From Rhodanobacter sp. (GTDB lineage Bacteria; Pseudomonadota; Gammaproteobacteria; Xanthomonadales; Rhodanobacteraceae): a stretch of 64,000 bases of DNA. Below are positions 49,035-58,894 of this stretch, piece by piece. Numbering within the stretch: position 1 is the first letter of the stretch; each line of letters opens with the position of its first letter. The stretch spans positions 20,747-84,746 of the forward strand of contig DASWOQ010000082.1 in the NCBI GenBank assembly GCA_036398675.1, read 5' to 3'. A program made the position numbers and the translations under genes. Below the pieces are notes generated by a model, which was given only the letters and a program-made list of their open reading frames with translations, made no database searches and was not told the DNA's origin.

Positions 49035-51935
49035 ATGCGGAAGTGGTTGCTGGTCGTGCTGTGGGCGTGGGTCGGGGTGCTTTGGATGGCTGCAACGCCT
49101 GCCCAGCAATTCTCGATGCAGGCCTATGGCCGCAAATCGGGCCTGGAAAGCCAGACCGTCAACGTGATGTTCCAGGACACCCACGGCTTCATCTGGGCCG
49201 GCACCGAGATGGGCTTGTACCGTTTCGACGGATCGTCGTTCGAGCGCATGGGGCGCGAGGAAGGTTTCGCCACCGGCGAGTTCGTCAATGCGATCACCGA
49301 GGACCGCGAGGGCCAGTTGTGGGTTGCCACGCAGTCCGGCATGCGGGTCGGCGACAGCATGCATTTCCATGCGATCAACGTGGCCGGCCAGCCATTGATT
49401 TCCGATGCGGGCCGGCGCATTGCCGCGCGGCCGGATGGCAGCCTGCTGCTGGTGCGCGATAGCCAGGTGCAGGTGCTTTCGAAGAATGCCGGCGGCGACT
49501 GGCAGGTGTCCCCGCTGTTCGACCAGGCGCATATCCGCGCATATCCCCAGCTCACCGACATCACCGCGATACGCGTGATCGAGGGACGCGTCTGGCTGGG
49601 TTGCGCAAGCAACGTGTGCGAAGCGGACAACGGCGTGGTGCGCGTCTACGGTGCCGCGGACGGCGTGCCCGGCGACGTCTGGTCGGGGTTCGACATCGAT
49701 CGCAGCGGCGCAGTGTGGCTGCGCGGCACGCATTTCATCCGTGCGCGCCCGGCGGGGGCGGCGCGTTTCGAGAACCGCGACATCCCCGGCGCGGAAATGG
49801 ACGTCCTTACCGACGACATGGGCGTGTCGGAGGACGCCGATGGACGCATCCTCACCCGTACCAACAACGGACTCGCCTACTGGCAGAAAGGCCACTGGAC
49901 CGTCTACACACCCGACAACGGATTGCCGGATGTCGGCATTACCGCGCTGCTGTTCGATCGCGACGGGGATCTGTGGCTCGGCACCTACGGCCGCGGCGTG
50001 TACCTGTGGAGCGGCTATGGCGTGGTCGAAGGCTGGAGCCGCGCGCAAGGCATGGATACCGTGCCGAACTGGTCGATCCTGCGCGACAATCAGGGGCGCA
50101 TGTGGTTCGGCAACGAGCTAGGCGGCAACCTGCTCGATCCCGGCGCCACCCGCCTGCGCGCGTGGCCGTCGAAGGTGAGCCCGCCACCGCGGCAGAACCT
50201 CAGCATGCAGAAGGCGGCCGACGGTTCCATATGGATCGGCCTGTACGGCGGCCGCGTGCTGCGCGGCGATCCGCATACCGGCGCGATCAGCGAGGTGGCG
50301 CGGCTGCCGGTGTTCATCAAGGCAATCCATTTCGACCGGCAGGGGCGGCTGTGGTTTGCCACCATGCAGGGCGTGTACGTGATGGAACATGCGGGCGACA
50401 CGCCGCACTCCTTGCCGGCCTCGCAGTTGCCGGTCACGCCATGTTCGGACATCGCCGAAGGCGACGACGGCACGCTCTGGTTCGCCTGCAACGCCGGCCT
50501 GCTGCGCTACGCCCACGGCGAAGGGATGCTGCTGCGAACCTATGGCGCCGTGGTGCCCGGCGGCTTCATCGCGGTGGCGACCGACAAGAGTGGCGACCTG
50601 TGGCTGGGCGCCAACGAGCCGGGCCTGTTCCGCGCCCAAGTACGCGGCGACATGCTCGATGTCACGAGGGTCGCCGACCGCTGGCTGGACAACACGCTGG
50701 CCTACATCGTGCGCCACGATTCACGCGGTTGGCTGTGGGTCGGCGGCGGCGCCGGTGCGGATGTCTACGACGGCACTCGTTGGGTGCACCTGTCGCAGGA
50801 CAGCGGGCTGCTGTGGGACGAAACCGGGCAGAACGCATTCTTCGAGGACAATGACGGATCGATCTGGATCGGCACGGCGATCGGCGCCAGCCACATCCTG
50901 CACCCGGAAGCGATCTTCCGTCCGCGCACGCACACCATGCTGATGACCGCAGCCACGCATGGCGACACCCAATTGCTCAACGGCGCCACCATCACGTCGG
51001 GCACGCAACACGCACCGCTGAAATTCCGTTTTGCGCGAATGGGCGCCGCTGCCGGGGGCATACCGCATTACCGCTACCGGCTGATCGGCACCGAGGCAGG
51101 CTGGGTCGACTCCTCCGCCAACGAGGTCAACGTGGCGGCCCTGCCTTCCGGCGACTATCGCTTCGAAGTCCAGGCGATCGACGACGACCAGCGCACGTTC
51201 TCGCCCAGCGCCACGTTCGATTTCACCATGCCGCCGCCGTGGTGGAGGCACTGGTGGGCGTTGCTCGGCGTGCTGGTCGTGGTCGGCCTGCTGTTCATGC
51301 TGGTCTGGCGCTGGCGGGTGCGTACGCTGATGGCGCAGAACCGCCGGCTGGATGCGACCGTGCAGCAGCGTACCGCCGAATTGCAGCGCGAGAAGAGCGA
51401 ACTGGAGGGCGTGCGTGCCGAACTCTACGTGCAGGCGACTTTCGACGAACTGACCGGGTTGCTGAATCGCCGCGCGATCCTGGAAAAGCTCGAGGCCGTG
51501 CTTGCCAGCGGTGCATATCGGCGCAAGGGGTTCGCACTGGCCCTGATCGATCTCGATCACTTCAAGCGCGTCAACGACACCTATGGCCACCAGGCCGGCG
51601 ACGCCGTACTGCGCACCGTGGCGTTGCGGCTTGCCACGCACCTGCGCAGCAGCGACATGCTCGGCCGCTACGGCGGCGAAGAGTTGCTGATGATGATGGA
51701 GAACATCGACGAACCGAACGCGACGCGCCGGCTCGAAACGTTGCGCAGAGAGGCGGGCATGTTGCCGCATGTGTGGGGCGAGACGAGCTTCAGCGTGACA
51801 TTGAGCGTGGGGCTGGCGTGGATCGGCGCCGGCACAATGAGCATGCACGAGCTCATCCGGCGCGCCGACCAGGCGTTGTATGCAGCCAAGCAGGGTGGCC
51901 GCGACCGTGTGGTGGTGGCCGGCCAGGAAACCTGA
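49035..51935 (+). CDS. Membrane diguanylate cyclase with periplasmic Reg_prop beta-propeller and Y_Y_Y domain
   Basis: Repeated DxxGxLWxGT, GDYRFEVQA, PPWW+TM, DELTGLLNRR, DLDHFKRVNDTYGH, RSSD I-site, GGEEL. Confidence 0.9.
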   Translation: MRKWLLVVLWAWVGVLWMAATPAQQFSMQAYGRKSGLESQTVNVMFQDTHGFIWAGTEMGLYRFDGSSFERMGREEGFATGEFVNAITEDREGQLWVATQSGMRVGDSMHFHAINVAGQPLISDAGRRIAARPDGSLLLVRDSQVQVLSKNAGGDWQVSPLFDQAHIRAYPQLTDITAIRVIEGRVWLGCASNVCEADNGVVRVYGAADGVPGDVWSGFDIDRSGAVWLRGTHFIRARPAGAARFENRDIPGAEMDVLTDDMGVSEDADGRILTRTNNGLAYWQKGHWTVYTPDNGLPDVGITALLFDRDGDLWLGTYGRGVYLWSGYGVVEGWSRAQGMDTVPNWSILRDNQGRMWFGNELGGNLLDPGATRLRAWPSKVSPPPRQNLSMQKAADGSIWIGLYGGRVLRGDPHTGAISEVARLPVFIKAIHFDRQGRLWFATMQGVYVMEHAGDTPHSLPASQLPVTPCSDIAEGDDGTLWFACNAGLLRYAHGEGMLLRTYGAVVPGGFIAVATDKSGDLWLGANEPGLFRAQVRGDMLDVTRVADRWLDNTLAYIVRHDSRGWLWVGGGAGADVYDGTRWVHLSQDSGLLWDETGQNAFFEDNDGSIWIGTAIGASHILHPEAIFRPRTHTMLMTAATHGDTQLLNGATITSGTQHAPLKFRFARMGAAAGGIPHYRYRLIGTEAGWVDSSANEVNVAALPSGDYRFEVQAIDDDQRTFSPSATFDFTMPPPWWRHWWALLGVLVVVGLLFMLVWRWRVRTLMAQNRRLDATVQQRTAELQREKSELEGVRAELYVQATFDELTGLLNRRAILEKLEAVLASGAYRRKGFALALIDLDHFKRVNDTYGHQAGDAVLRTVALRLATHLRSSDMLGRYGGEELLMMMENIDEPNATRRLETLRREAGMLPHVWGETSFSVTLSVGLAWIGAGTMSMHELIRRADQALYAAKQGGRDRVVVAGQET

Positions 51936-51955
51936 GCGAGACGCTATCGCCCGGC

Positions 51956-52844
51956 TCAGAGTACCGCCTGCAGCGTTTCGGCAGGCCATCGGTGGGAAAC
52001 ACCGAAAACTGCCGGCAATATGCAGGTCGTCGACGCCATGCACGCGGCAATGCCGGTCGACGTCCCCTTCGCGCGGATCGTCCGCCATGCGCGTGGCGTC
52101 AAGGCGATGCCCGGTGCCATGCACTTGCCGGCAGATCGTCGTCGGCCAGCCACCGGTTCGGTTCGAAGTGCCCGTTGCAGACGCGCGCGATCTCTTCGCC
52201 GGACAGCGTTGCCACGTTGCAGAAGGTGTGGCGATCCAGCGGAGTGAGCCGCCAGTCGACACAGGCCTTGAGCTGCCCGAGCGCGTCGATATCGTCGCCC
52301 AGCGCGACCCAGCTGAGCGGGTTGGGTGCCTGCTCGAAGTAGCCGACCCGTTAGATATGGTCGCTGGGCACGGTGGCCGGCGCGGACAACTTGCGCATCC
52401 ACGCGTGGGCGATGTCGCCCACGCCAAGACCGACACGCAATGTCAGCCTTGCGATGCTCTCCGAATCCGCCGCGCGCGCTGCGCCTGCGGCGACAGGCAT
52501 ATCTGCGAGAACAAGGGCGCCCGGCCTCCGCCATGCTCATGGTCGTACGGGTGCGTCACGCGATCCGGCGAGGAAGATCGCTGCGGTCCAGCGGGATGCA
52601 GCCGCCGCCGAGCACGCGCATGCGCGTGTTGAAGAATCGAACGTTGTCGGCCCGACCGACGCGCAGTCGTGGAGCTTCTGGTTCTCGTGTTCGCCCAGCA
52701 GGGCGCCGCTCTCCACGATGCACACGCGCACCGCGGTGTGGAGGAAGGCATGGGCCACGGTGATGCCGGCTGCGCCCGGGCCGATGATGCATACGTCCGC
52801 TTCGATCTTGGATGGAACCGCCCATCCGGATAGTCGATGATCAC
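51956..52844 (-). pseudogene. Decayed GMC-family oxidoreductase
   Basis: Fragments across frames: ADVCIIGPGAAG...VESG; EQAPNPLSWVALGDDIDALG; RMADDPREGDVDRHCRVHGVDDLHIAGS/SVFPT; TAA stop, frameshifts, much shorter than an intact GMC gene. Confidence 0.8.
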
Positions 52845-53163
52845 GTAAACCCCTGAATCCGTCGTCCGTACTCGCCGCTGACCGTGGCGGCGAGTTCACG
52901 ACGAGTGTCTCAGAACGGCGTACGCCAAAAGTATTTGCAGGCGTGCAGGTTCGCTGCGGCATGCTCCACCCATGAGGCGGCAGAATTATTCTCCGGCAAC
53001 GTCGTCGGCATGGTGCCGGGTACGCCAGGCAATGATCAGCTCGGATGCGATCATGCGTCGAGGTGGGCCGCTTCTACGCTGAACTTCTTCCGCGCTGAAC
53101 CGCGTTGGCGACGGCACTGCATTCGGCTAGAATGCGAACTATTCCCATTTAAAGCCTGACTCC

Positions 53164-53685
53164 ATGTCGCTCACGCATCGCTTCCTGAAGATCACCCGCT
53201 CGATTCACCTCTATCTCGGCGTGTTTACGGCGCCGGCGCTGCTGTTTTTCGCGATCACCGGTGGGCTGCAGACCTTCAGCTTCCACGAGACTACGCGCGG
53301 CAGCGACTACAAGCCTCCGGCATGGCTGGCCAGCGCAGCGCAACTGCACAAGAAGCAGACGACGGTGATGCCGGTGCGGCGTGCGCGCCCAGCCGATGCA
53401 GGTCCTGCAGGTCCCGGTGCGGATGCGCGCCCGACCGCTGCAACCGATGTGCCGCCGACGGGGGGCGCAGCTCCGGCCTCCGATCGGCCGGCCGGTCGTG
53501 CTACGGAAAAACCGAAAAAGAACCTGTTGCCGATGAAGCTGTTCTTCGCGTTGGTCTCGCTGAGCCTGCTGCTCTCGACGCTTACCGGCCTCTACATGGC
53601 GTGGCGATTCAGCCGCAAGCCGAAGCTGATCGGAGCGGTGTTCGCCGCCGGCATCGTGGTGCCGTTGTTGCTGTCGATGTTCTGA
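53164..53685 (+). CDS. PepSY-associated TM helix membrane protein
   Basis: RSIHLYLGVF, AITG, QLHK, TLTGLYM. Confidence 0.78.
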   Translation: MSLTHRFLKITRSIHLYLGVFTAPALLFFAITGGLQTFSFHETTRGSDYKPPAWLASAAQLHKKQTTVMPVRRARPADAGPAGPGADARPTAATDVPPTGGAAPASDRPAGRATEKPKKNLLPMKLFFALVSLSLLLSTLTGLYMAWRFSRKPKLIGAVFAAGIVVPLLLSMF

Positions 53686-53829
53686 GCCATTGCGGCATCG
53701 GCGTCTTCTACATGGTGCGTACCGACGGCTGGCGTTTCACTGCATGACGCATGCGCCGGAAGCGAAACGGATGCTCCCGAAACCGACGGCGGCCCATGGC
53801 CGCCGTCGTCGTTCGTACGACCATCGAAC

Positions 53830-54255
53830 TCAGACGATGGTGAGCTTGACGTCGATGTTGTTGCGGGTGGCATTGGAGTAGGGGCACACGATGTGCGCTT
53901 TCTGCACCAGCGCTTCGGCCTCGGTGCGGGGCATGCCGGGGATCGAGATGGTCAGCTCGACCTCGATGCCGAAACCGGTGGCGATCGGGCCGATGCCGAC
54001 CTGTCCGGTCACCTGGGTGTCCGCCGGCAGCTTCAGCTTCTGCTGCGATGCCACGTACTGCATCGCGCCGAGGAAGCAGGCGGAATGGCCGGCGGCGAAC
54101 AACTGTTCGGGGTTGGTGCCGGTACCGCCGGCGCCACCGAGTTCCTTCGGCGTGCTCAGCTTGACGTCGAGCGCGTTGTCGGAGGAGACCGAGCGGCCGT
54201 CGCGGCCGCCGGTGGAGGTGACCTTGGAGCGATACAGGACTTTTTCGATGGACAT
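53830..54255 (-). CDS. ohr: Organic hydroperoxide resistance protein
   Basis: [35 protein letters not shown]. Confidence 0.95.
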   Translation of the reverse strand: MSIEKVLYRSKVTSTGGRDGRSVSSDNALDVKLSTPKELGGAGGTGTNPEQLFAAGHSACFLGAMQYVASQQKLKLPADTQVTGQVGIGPIATGFGIEVELTISIPGMPRTEAEALVQKAHIVCPYSNATRNNIDVKLTIV

Positions 54256-54290
54256 GGTGTTACTCCGTGGTGGACAGTGGTTAAAAATAT

Positions 54291-54322
54291 AAATAGCAAT
54301 CTATTGAATAGCGCACTATTTA
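54291..54322. promoter_or_regulatory. OhrR operator candidate upstream of ohr
   Basis: AT-rich with AATAG-cgca-CTATT palindrome; core TAGCGCACTAT (54309-54319) recurs inverted upstream of ohrR. Confidence 0.65.
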
Positions 54323-54340
54323 TATGGGAAAAGAAACAAT

Positions 54341-54802
54341 TCAATCGTCGTTGGACAGCCGGCTGCGCAAGTGGTGCAGTTCGTCCTTCAGGTGTTTCAG
54401 TTCGGCGGGCGTGCACTGGGTGGCGCAGAAGACCGACTCCTGCACCTTGCCCGCCTTGGCCTTGAGCGCCTTGCCGCGCGCGGTGAGGGTGATCACCACG
54501 TGCCGCTCGTCGTCGCGCGAACGCAGCCGCGTCACCAGCCCGCCGCCCTCCAGCCGCTTGAGCAAGGGGGTCAGCGTGGCGGAATCAAGGAACAGCCGTG
54601 CGCCGATTTCCGACACGCTGAGGCTCTCGTCCTCCCACAGCACCATCATCACCAGGTATTGCGGGTAGGTGATGTCCAGCGGCTTGAGCTTGCTGCGATA
54701 CACCTTGTTCATCGCCAGCCCGGCCGCGTAGAGCGCGAAGCACAATTGCGCGTCCAGCTTCGGAGTGGCGTCGGAGGTTGTCGTTCTGCGTGCGGTGACC
54801 AT
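54341..54802 (-). CDS. ohrR: OhrR MarR-family regulator
   Basis: QLCFALY redox Cys, [21 protein letters not shown]; adjacent to ohr. Confidence 0.93.
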   Translation of the reverse strand: MVTARRTTTSDATPKLDAQLCFALYAAGLAMNKVYRSKLKPLDITYPQYLVMMVLWEDESLSVSEIGARLFLDSATLTPLLKRLEGGGLVTRLRSRDDERHVVITLTARGKALKAKAGKVQESVFCATQCTPAELKHLKDELHHLRSRLSNDD

Positions 54803-54814
54803 GGCTCGGAAATT

Positions 54815-54848
54815 TACATAGTGCGCTACTTGATTGCAAGCTATTTTT
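54815..54848. promoter_or_regulatory. OhrR operator candidate upstream of ohrR
   Basis: ATAGTGCGCTA at 54818-54828, reverse complement of the ohr motif. Confidence 0.6.
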
Positions 54849-54849
54849 T

Positions 54850-55124
54850 GGCGCCGCTGGAGTGCTCGCTTGCAGCAGCTCGCTTATCGCACGCTTCCAC
54901 AGAGTCCAGTCGTGATTGCCCGGCTCCATCAGTTCGATCGGTTAGCGCAGGCGCTCGCTGGTACCGTATGCCAGCCACACGGCCTACGTTCGTGCCGGAT
55001 GGTCCGGCCACTGCTTGAGGTAGCACCACAGTTCGCGTGAGTGGGTGGCCGGTCCCAATGGCTGTACCGGTCCGGGACTCCATGTGGACAGTCCGCCGGC
55101 GGCGCGGATGTCTCTCGGGATATC
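54850..55124 (-). pseudogene. C-terminal relic of an alpha/beta-hydrolase (putative esterase)
   Basis: Manual translation DIRAAGGLSTWSPGP...RELWCYLKQW...*AVWLAYGTSERLR*PIELMEPGNHDWTLWK with two in-frame stops and a GxHDW motif. Confidence 0.55.
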
Positions 55125-55242
55125 GCTAGTGACTCGGCCGCGTAGCGGCACGAAAGATCTTGAAGAATGCCGAAGCGCGTGAATCCGGTCTTTACCTGGA
55201 CGATGAAGCTGAAGTGCATTTCACCAGGCACAGTGGCCCGGA

Positions 55243-55866
55243 TCATTCTCCAACCACATGTCCGATATACAACGCCAGCATCTTCCGCACCTCCGCAATC
55301 AGCGGCTTGCGACTTTGTTCCTGCTCGGTCTTCAATGCCGGCACCGTCTTCATCACTTGCGCAATCAGCACCGAAGCCGCATCGGCCTGCCGCGCCGTAA
55401 GCCGGGGGTTGGCTGCGCGCAGGATCGTTGCTACCTGCTGGCGCATGGCGCCGCGCAGAGGCATGCGGCGCTCCATGATGCCGGCCACGGCGTGGGTCAA
55501 TGCGATGGCGGCATCGCGATCGGTGCGCAGCGCGAGCATGCGGTCGATCAGCAGGTCGGCGAGCTGTGCCGGCGACATGCCTGGCGCGCGCGTCACCAGC
55601 GCCTGCAGCGTACGTGCGGCGTGGTCGGCGTAGCGGGCGAACAGCGCTTCGGCCAGCGCTTCCTTGGAGGGAAAGAACTGGTACAGCGAGCCGATCGATG
55701 CGCCGGCGTGCGCGGCGATCTCGGTCATGGTGGTGGCTTCGTAGCCTTTTGCGGTGAACAGCGTGGCGCCCGCATCGAGCAGGGCGGCAACGCGCAGCCT
55801 GCCGCGCTCGCGCTGCGGTGCTTTCGCGGTCGGTGGCTGGATTGACACTATATGAGTCTCCCTCAT
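55243..55866 (-). CDS. TetR-family regulator
   Basis: GYEATTMTEIAAHAGASIGSLYQFFPSKEAL HTH. Confidence 0.92.
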   Translation of the reverse strand: MRETHIVSIQPPTAKAPQRERGRLRVAALLDAGATLFTAKGYEATTMTEIAAHAGASIGSLYQFFPSKEALAEALFARYADHAARTLQALVTRAPGMSPAQLADLLIDRMLALRTDRDAAIALTHAVAGIMERRMPLRGAMRQQVATILRAANPRLTARQADAASVLIAQVMKTVPALKTEQEQSRKPLIAEVRKMLALYIGHVVGE

Positions 55867-55893
55867 AAACTATGTTTGTGAGTTTCCTTCATA
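55851..55893. promoter_or_regulatory. Tandem TetR operators
   Basis: TATGAG-N5-CTCATA (55851-55867, over the tetR start) and a related copy tgtgagtttccttcata (55877-55893). Confidence 0.65.
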
Positions 55894-55963
55894 AATCGCA
55901 AGCCTGCAACAAGGCGCCGCTCGTGCATCCCCTACGTTTCATCGAAAGCGGCCAGCCGCGCAC

Positions 55964-57442
55964 ATGAGTTCCGATCCGGGCGAGTTGGAAGTCCCGCAGG
56001 AAACGCTGCAGGCAACTCCGATGTTCGCGGTCGAACGCGATCCGCGCCTGCGCCTGCTGATCCCCGCGATCGTCGCCGTCGCTTTCCTGATGGAGCAGCT
56101 CGATTCCACCATCATCGTGACCGCGGTGCCGGCGATGGCGCGCAGCCTCGGCGTGACGCCGCTGAGCATGAATCTGGCGGTGACTACGTACGTGCTGGCG
56201 CTGGCCATGTTCATCCCGGTGAGCGGATGGTTCGCCGATCGCTTCGGCGCGCGGCGCATCTTCGCGCTGGCGCTGATCGTGTTCACCATCGGCTCGGTGT
56301 TCTGCGGCATGGCGACGACATTCCCCGTGCTGATCGCGATGCGTGCGCTGCAGGGTCTCGGCGGCGCGATGATGACGCCGGTGGGGCGGCTGATCCTGAT
56401 CCGCAGTTTTCCGCGCAGCCAGCTGGTGACGGCGATGATGTACATGACGCTGCCGGCGGTGCTCGGGCCGGTGATCGGTCCGTTGCTGGGCGGCGTGCTT
56501 ACCATGTACGCGTCGTGGCGCTGGATCTTTTTCGTCAACGTGCCGTTCGGCCTTGCCGGCGTGATCCTGGCGCTGCGCTTCTTCGAGGATTTCCGCGAGC
56601 CATCGCCTTCGCGTTTCGATTTCCCCGGCTTCCTGATGGTCGGTATCGCAGTGGTGCTGCTCCAGTACGGTATGGAGAACGTGGGCCGGCCGACCATCCC
56701 GGTGCTGGCGATCGTCACCGTGATCGGCGTCGGCGTGCTGCTGTTGCTCGGATTCGGGCGCTATGCGCGCACGGTGACGGCGCCGGCGGTGGACCTGACG
56801 CTGTTCAAACAGCGTTCGTTCCGTATCGGCACGCTGACCGGCGGACTGTGCCGGGTCGGCCTCAACGGCGTGCCGTTCCTGTTGCCGTTGATGTTGCAGG
56901 TCGGCTTTGGCGTGAGTCCGGTGGTGTCCGGCTCGCTCACTTTCGTCGGTGCGCTGAGCGGGTTTTCCATACGCCGGGTGCTGATAAAGCTGCTGCGCGC
57001 CTTCGGCTTCGATCGCGTGCTGATCGGCAGCGCCATCGCCGGTTCGGTGATGGTGGCGGCATTCGCGCTGCTGCGCGCGGATACGCCGCACTGGATCATC
57101 GTGACCTGCGTGTTCGCGTTCGGGCTGACGCGGTCATGCCAGTTCATGAGTTCCAACACGCTTTCGTATTCCGACGTGCCCGCCGCGCAGTTGAGCCGTG
57201 CCACGTCGCTGGGTGGCGTGCTGCAGCAACTCAGCGTGAGCTTCGGCGTGTCGATCGCCGCGATGCTGCTGGGGCTGGTATCGCTGCACGGCGGTGCGCT
57301 GACCGTCGAGCACTTCCACATGGTGTTCCTGATGATGGCGGTGATCCCGCTGCTGTCCCTGCCGGGCTTCATGCGGCTGCATCCGGAGGACGGCGCGCAG
57401 GTGGCCTTGCACGTGCGCAAGAGCAAGGCCCGATCTGCGTAG
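55964..57442 (+). CDS. DHA2-family MFS efflux transporter
   Basis: MEQLDSTII, GWFADRFGARR, WRWIFFVNVPFG; divergent from TetR. Confidence 0.9.
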   Translation: MSSDPGELEVPQETLQATPMFAVERDPRLRLLIPAIVAVAFLMEQLDSTIIVTAVPAMARSLGVTPLSMNLAVTTYVLALAMFIPVSGWFADRFGARRIFALALIVFTIGSVFCGMATTFPVLIAMRALQGLGGAMMTPVGRLILIRSFPRSQLVTAMMYMTLPAVLGPVIGPLLGGVLTMYASWRWIFFVNVPFGLAGVILALRFFEDFREPSPSRFDFPGFLMVGIAVVLLQYGMENVGRPTIPVLAIVTVIGVGVLLLLGFGRYARTVTAPAVDLTLFKQRSFRIGTLTGGLCRVGLNGVPFLLPLMLQVGFGVSPVVSGSLTFVGALSGFSIRRVLIKLLRAFGFDRVLIGSAIAGSVMVAAFALLRADTPHWIIVTCVFAFGLTRSCQFMSSNTLSYSDVPAAQLSRATSLGGVLQQLSVSFGVSIAAMLLGLVSLHGGALTVEHFHMVFLMMAVIPLLSLPGFMRLHPEDGAQVALHVRKSKARSA

Positions 57443-57475
57443 CTGGCCAGCCTGACTTGGCCAATCCGGCACTGA

Positions 57476-58579
57476 TCAATCCAGTGCGGGGTAATCCGTA
57501 TAGCCTTCCGCACCGCCGCCGTAGAGGGTTTTCTGGTTCAGCGGGTTGAGCGGCGCATTTTCGCGAATGCGGCGCGGCAGGTCGGGGTTGGCGAGAAACG
57601 CGCGGCCGAACGCAACGAGGTCGGCGCGACCGCTGGCGATCTCGTCGATCGCCATCGCACGGTCGTAGCCGTTGTTGACCATCCACGCGCCCTTGAACGG
57701 CTTGCGCATCTGCGCATAGTCGAACGGTTGCGGTTCGCGTGCGCCGCCGGTTTCGCCTTCGATGATGTGCAAGTAGGCCAGGTCGAGGCTGGCCAGCCGT
57801 TCCACCGCGCGGTTGAACAGTGGCTGCGGATCGCTGTCGGCGATGTCGTTCGAATGGGTGATCGGTGCCAGGCGTACGCCGGTCCGACCGGCACCGATTT
57901 CCGCGGCGATCGCCTGGCACACTTCGAACAGCAGGCGCGTGCGGTTTTCGATGCTGCCGCCGTAGGCATCGGTGCGATGGTTGGTCTTGTCGCGCAGGAA
58001 CTGGTCGATCAGGTAGCCATTCGCCGCATGCACTTCGACGCCGTCGAAACCCGCTTCGCGCGCGTTGGCGGCGGCCTGGCGATAGGTGTCGATCAAGGCG
58101 GGGATCTCGTCGAGCGCCAGTGCGCGTGGCGCCGACACATCGACGAAGCCTTCGGCAGTGAAGGTCTTCGCTTCGGCGCGGATCGCCGACGGCGCCACCG
58201 GCGCCTGGCCGTCGGGCTGCAGGGAAACATGCGAGATGCGCCCCACATGCCACAACTGCAGCACGATGCGGCCGCCCTTGGCATGCACGGCGGCGGTGAC
58301 CTTTTTCCAGCCTTCGATCTGTTCGCGCGAATGGATGCCCGGCGTGGCGATATAGCCCTGGCCTTCGGGGCTGATCTGGGTGGCCTCTGCGATGATCAGG
58401 CCGGCGCTGGCGCGCTGCGCGTAGTAGGTAGCGTTGAGATCGGTCGGCACGTTGCCGGCAGCGGCGCGATCGCGCGTGAGCGGTGCCATCACGATGCGGT
58501 TGGTCAGCTCGAGGTCGCCGACGGTGATCGGCTGGAACAACACGTCGACGTCGGCGTGGGCGGCGGTATGGGCGGTCAT
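57476..58579 (-). CDS. nemA: Old yellow enzyme / alkene reductase (NemA-like)
   Basis: NRIVMAPLTR, QLWHVGR, EVHAANGYLIDQF, GYTDYP. Confidence 0.9.
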   Translation of the reverse strand: MTAHTAAHADVDVLFQPITVGDLELTNRIVMAPLTRDRAAAGNVPTDLNATYYAQRASAGLIIAEATQISPEGQGYIATPGIHSREQIEGWKKVTAAVHAKGGRIVLQLWHVGRISHVSLQPDGQAPVAPSAIRAEAKTFTAEGFVDVSAPRALALDEIPALIDTYRQAAANAREAGFDGVEVHAANGYLIDQFLRDKTNHRTDAYGGSIENRTRLLFEVCQAIAAEIGAGRTGVRLAPITHSNDIADSDPQPLFNRAVERLASLDLAYLHIIEGETGGAREPQPFDYAQMRKPFKGAWMVNNGYDRAMAIDEIASGRADLVAFGRAFLANPDLPRRIRENAPLNPLNQKTLYGGGAEGYTDYPALD

Positions 58580-58742
58580 GGATATCCTTGAGCGGGGGAG
58601 AGGGTGAGGTAGATCGCCGGCAAGTATAGGCACAGCCTGTTCACAGCAGTGCTGTAACGAGACAGCATGCGGATGCACAACCGCCTCACCGCAAATCACC
58701 GCGGATCAGGCACAAGGAGGCATCCAACCCAAGGCTGCCGCC

Positions 58743-58889
58743 ATGTCACGTCGCTCCCGTTTTCCCATCACGTTCTCGCCCATCGATCCCTTTGCGATGT
58801 GGGCGAAGCTGGCAACGCAGTCGGCCGACATGCTGCTGGCTTCCGGCGAGGTCATCGCCCATCGCAACCAGCTCAAGGCGCGCGGATAG
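58743..58889 (+). pseudogene. 48-aa ORF resembling the N-terminus of a PHA-granule phasin (truncated)
   Basis: MSRRSRFPITFSPIDPFAMWAKLATQSADMLLASGEVIAHRNQLKARG*; below the ORF-track cutoff. Confidence 0.45.
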
Positions 58890-58894
58890 GCTGA

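Noticed and set aside
49035-50900. Recurring sequence units as a CRISPR or tandem array
   Set aside because: They are degenerate protein-level beta-propeller repeats inside an intact CDS
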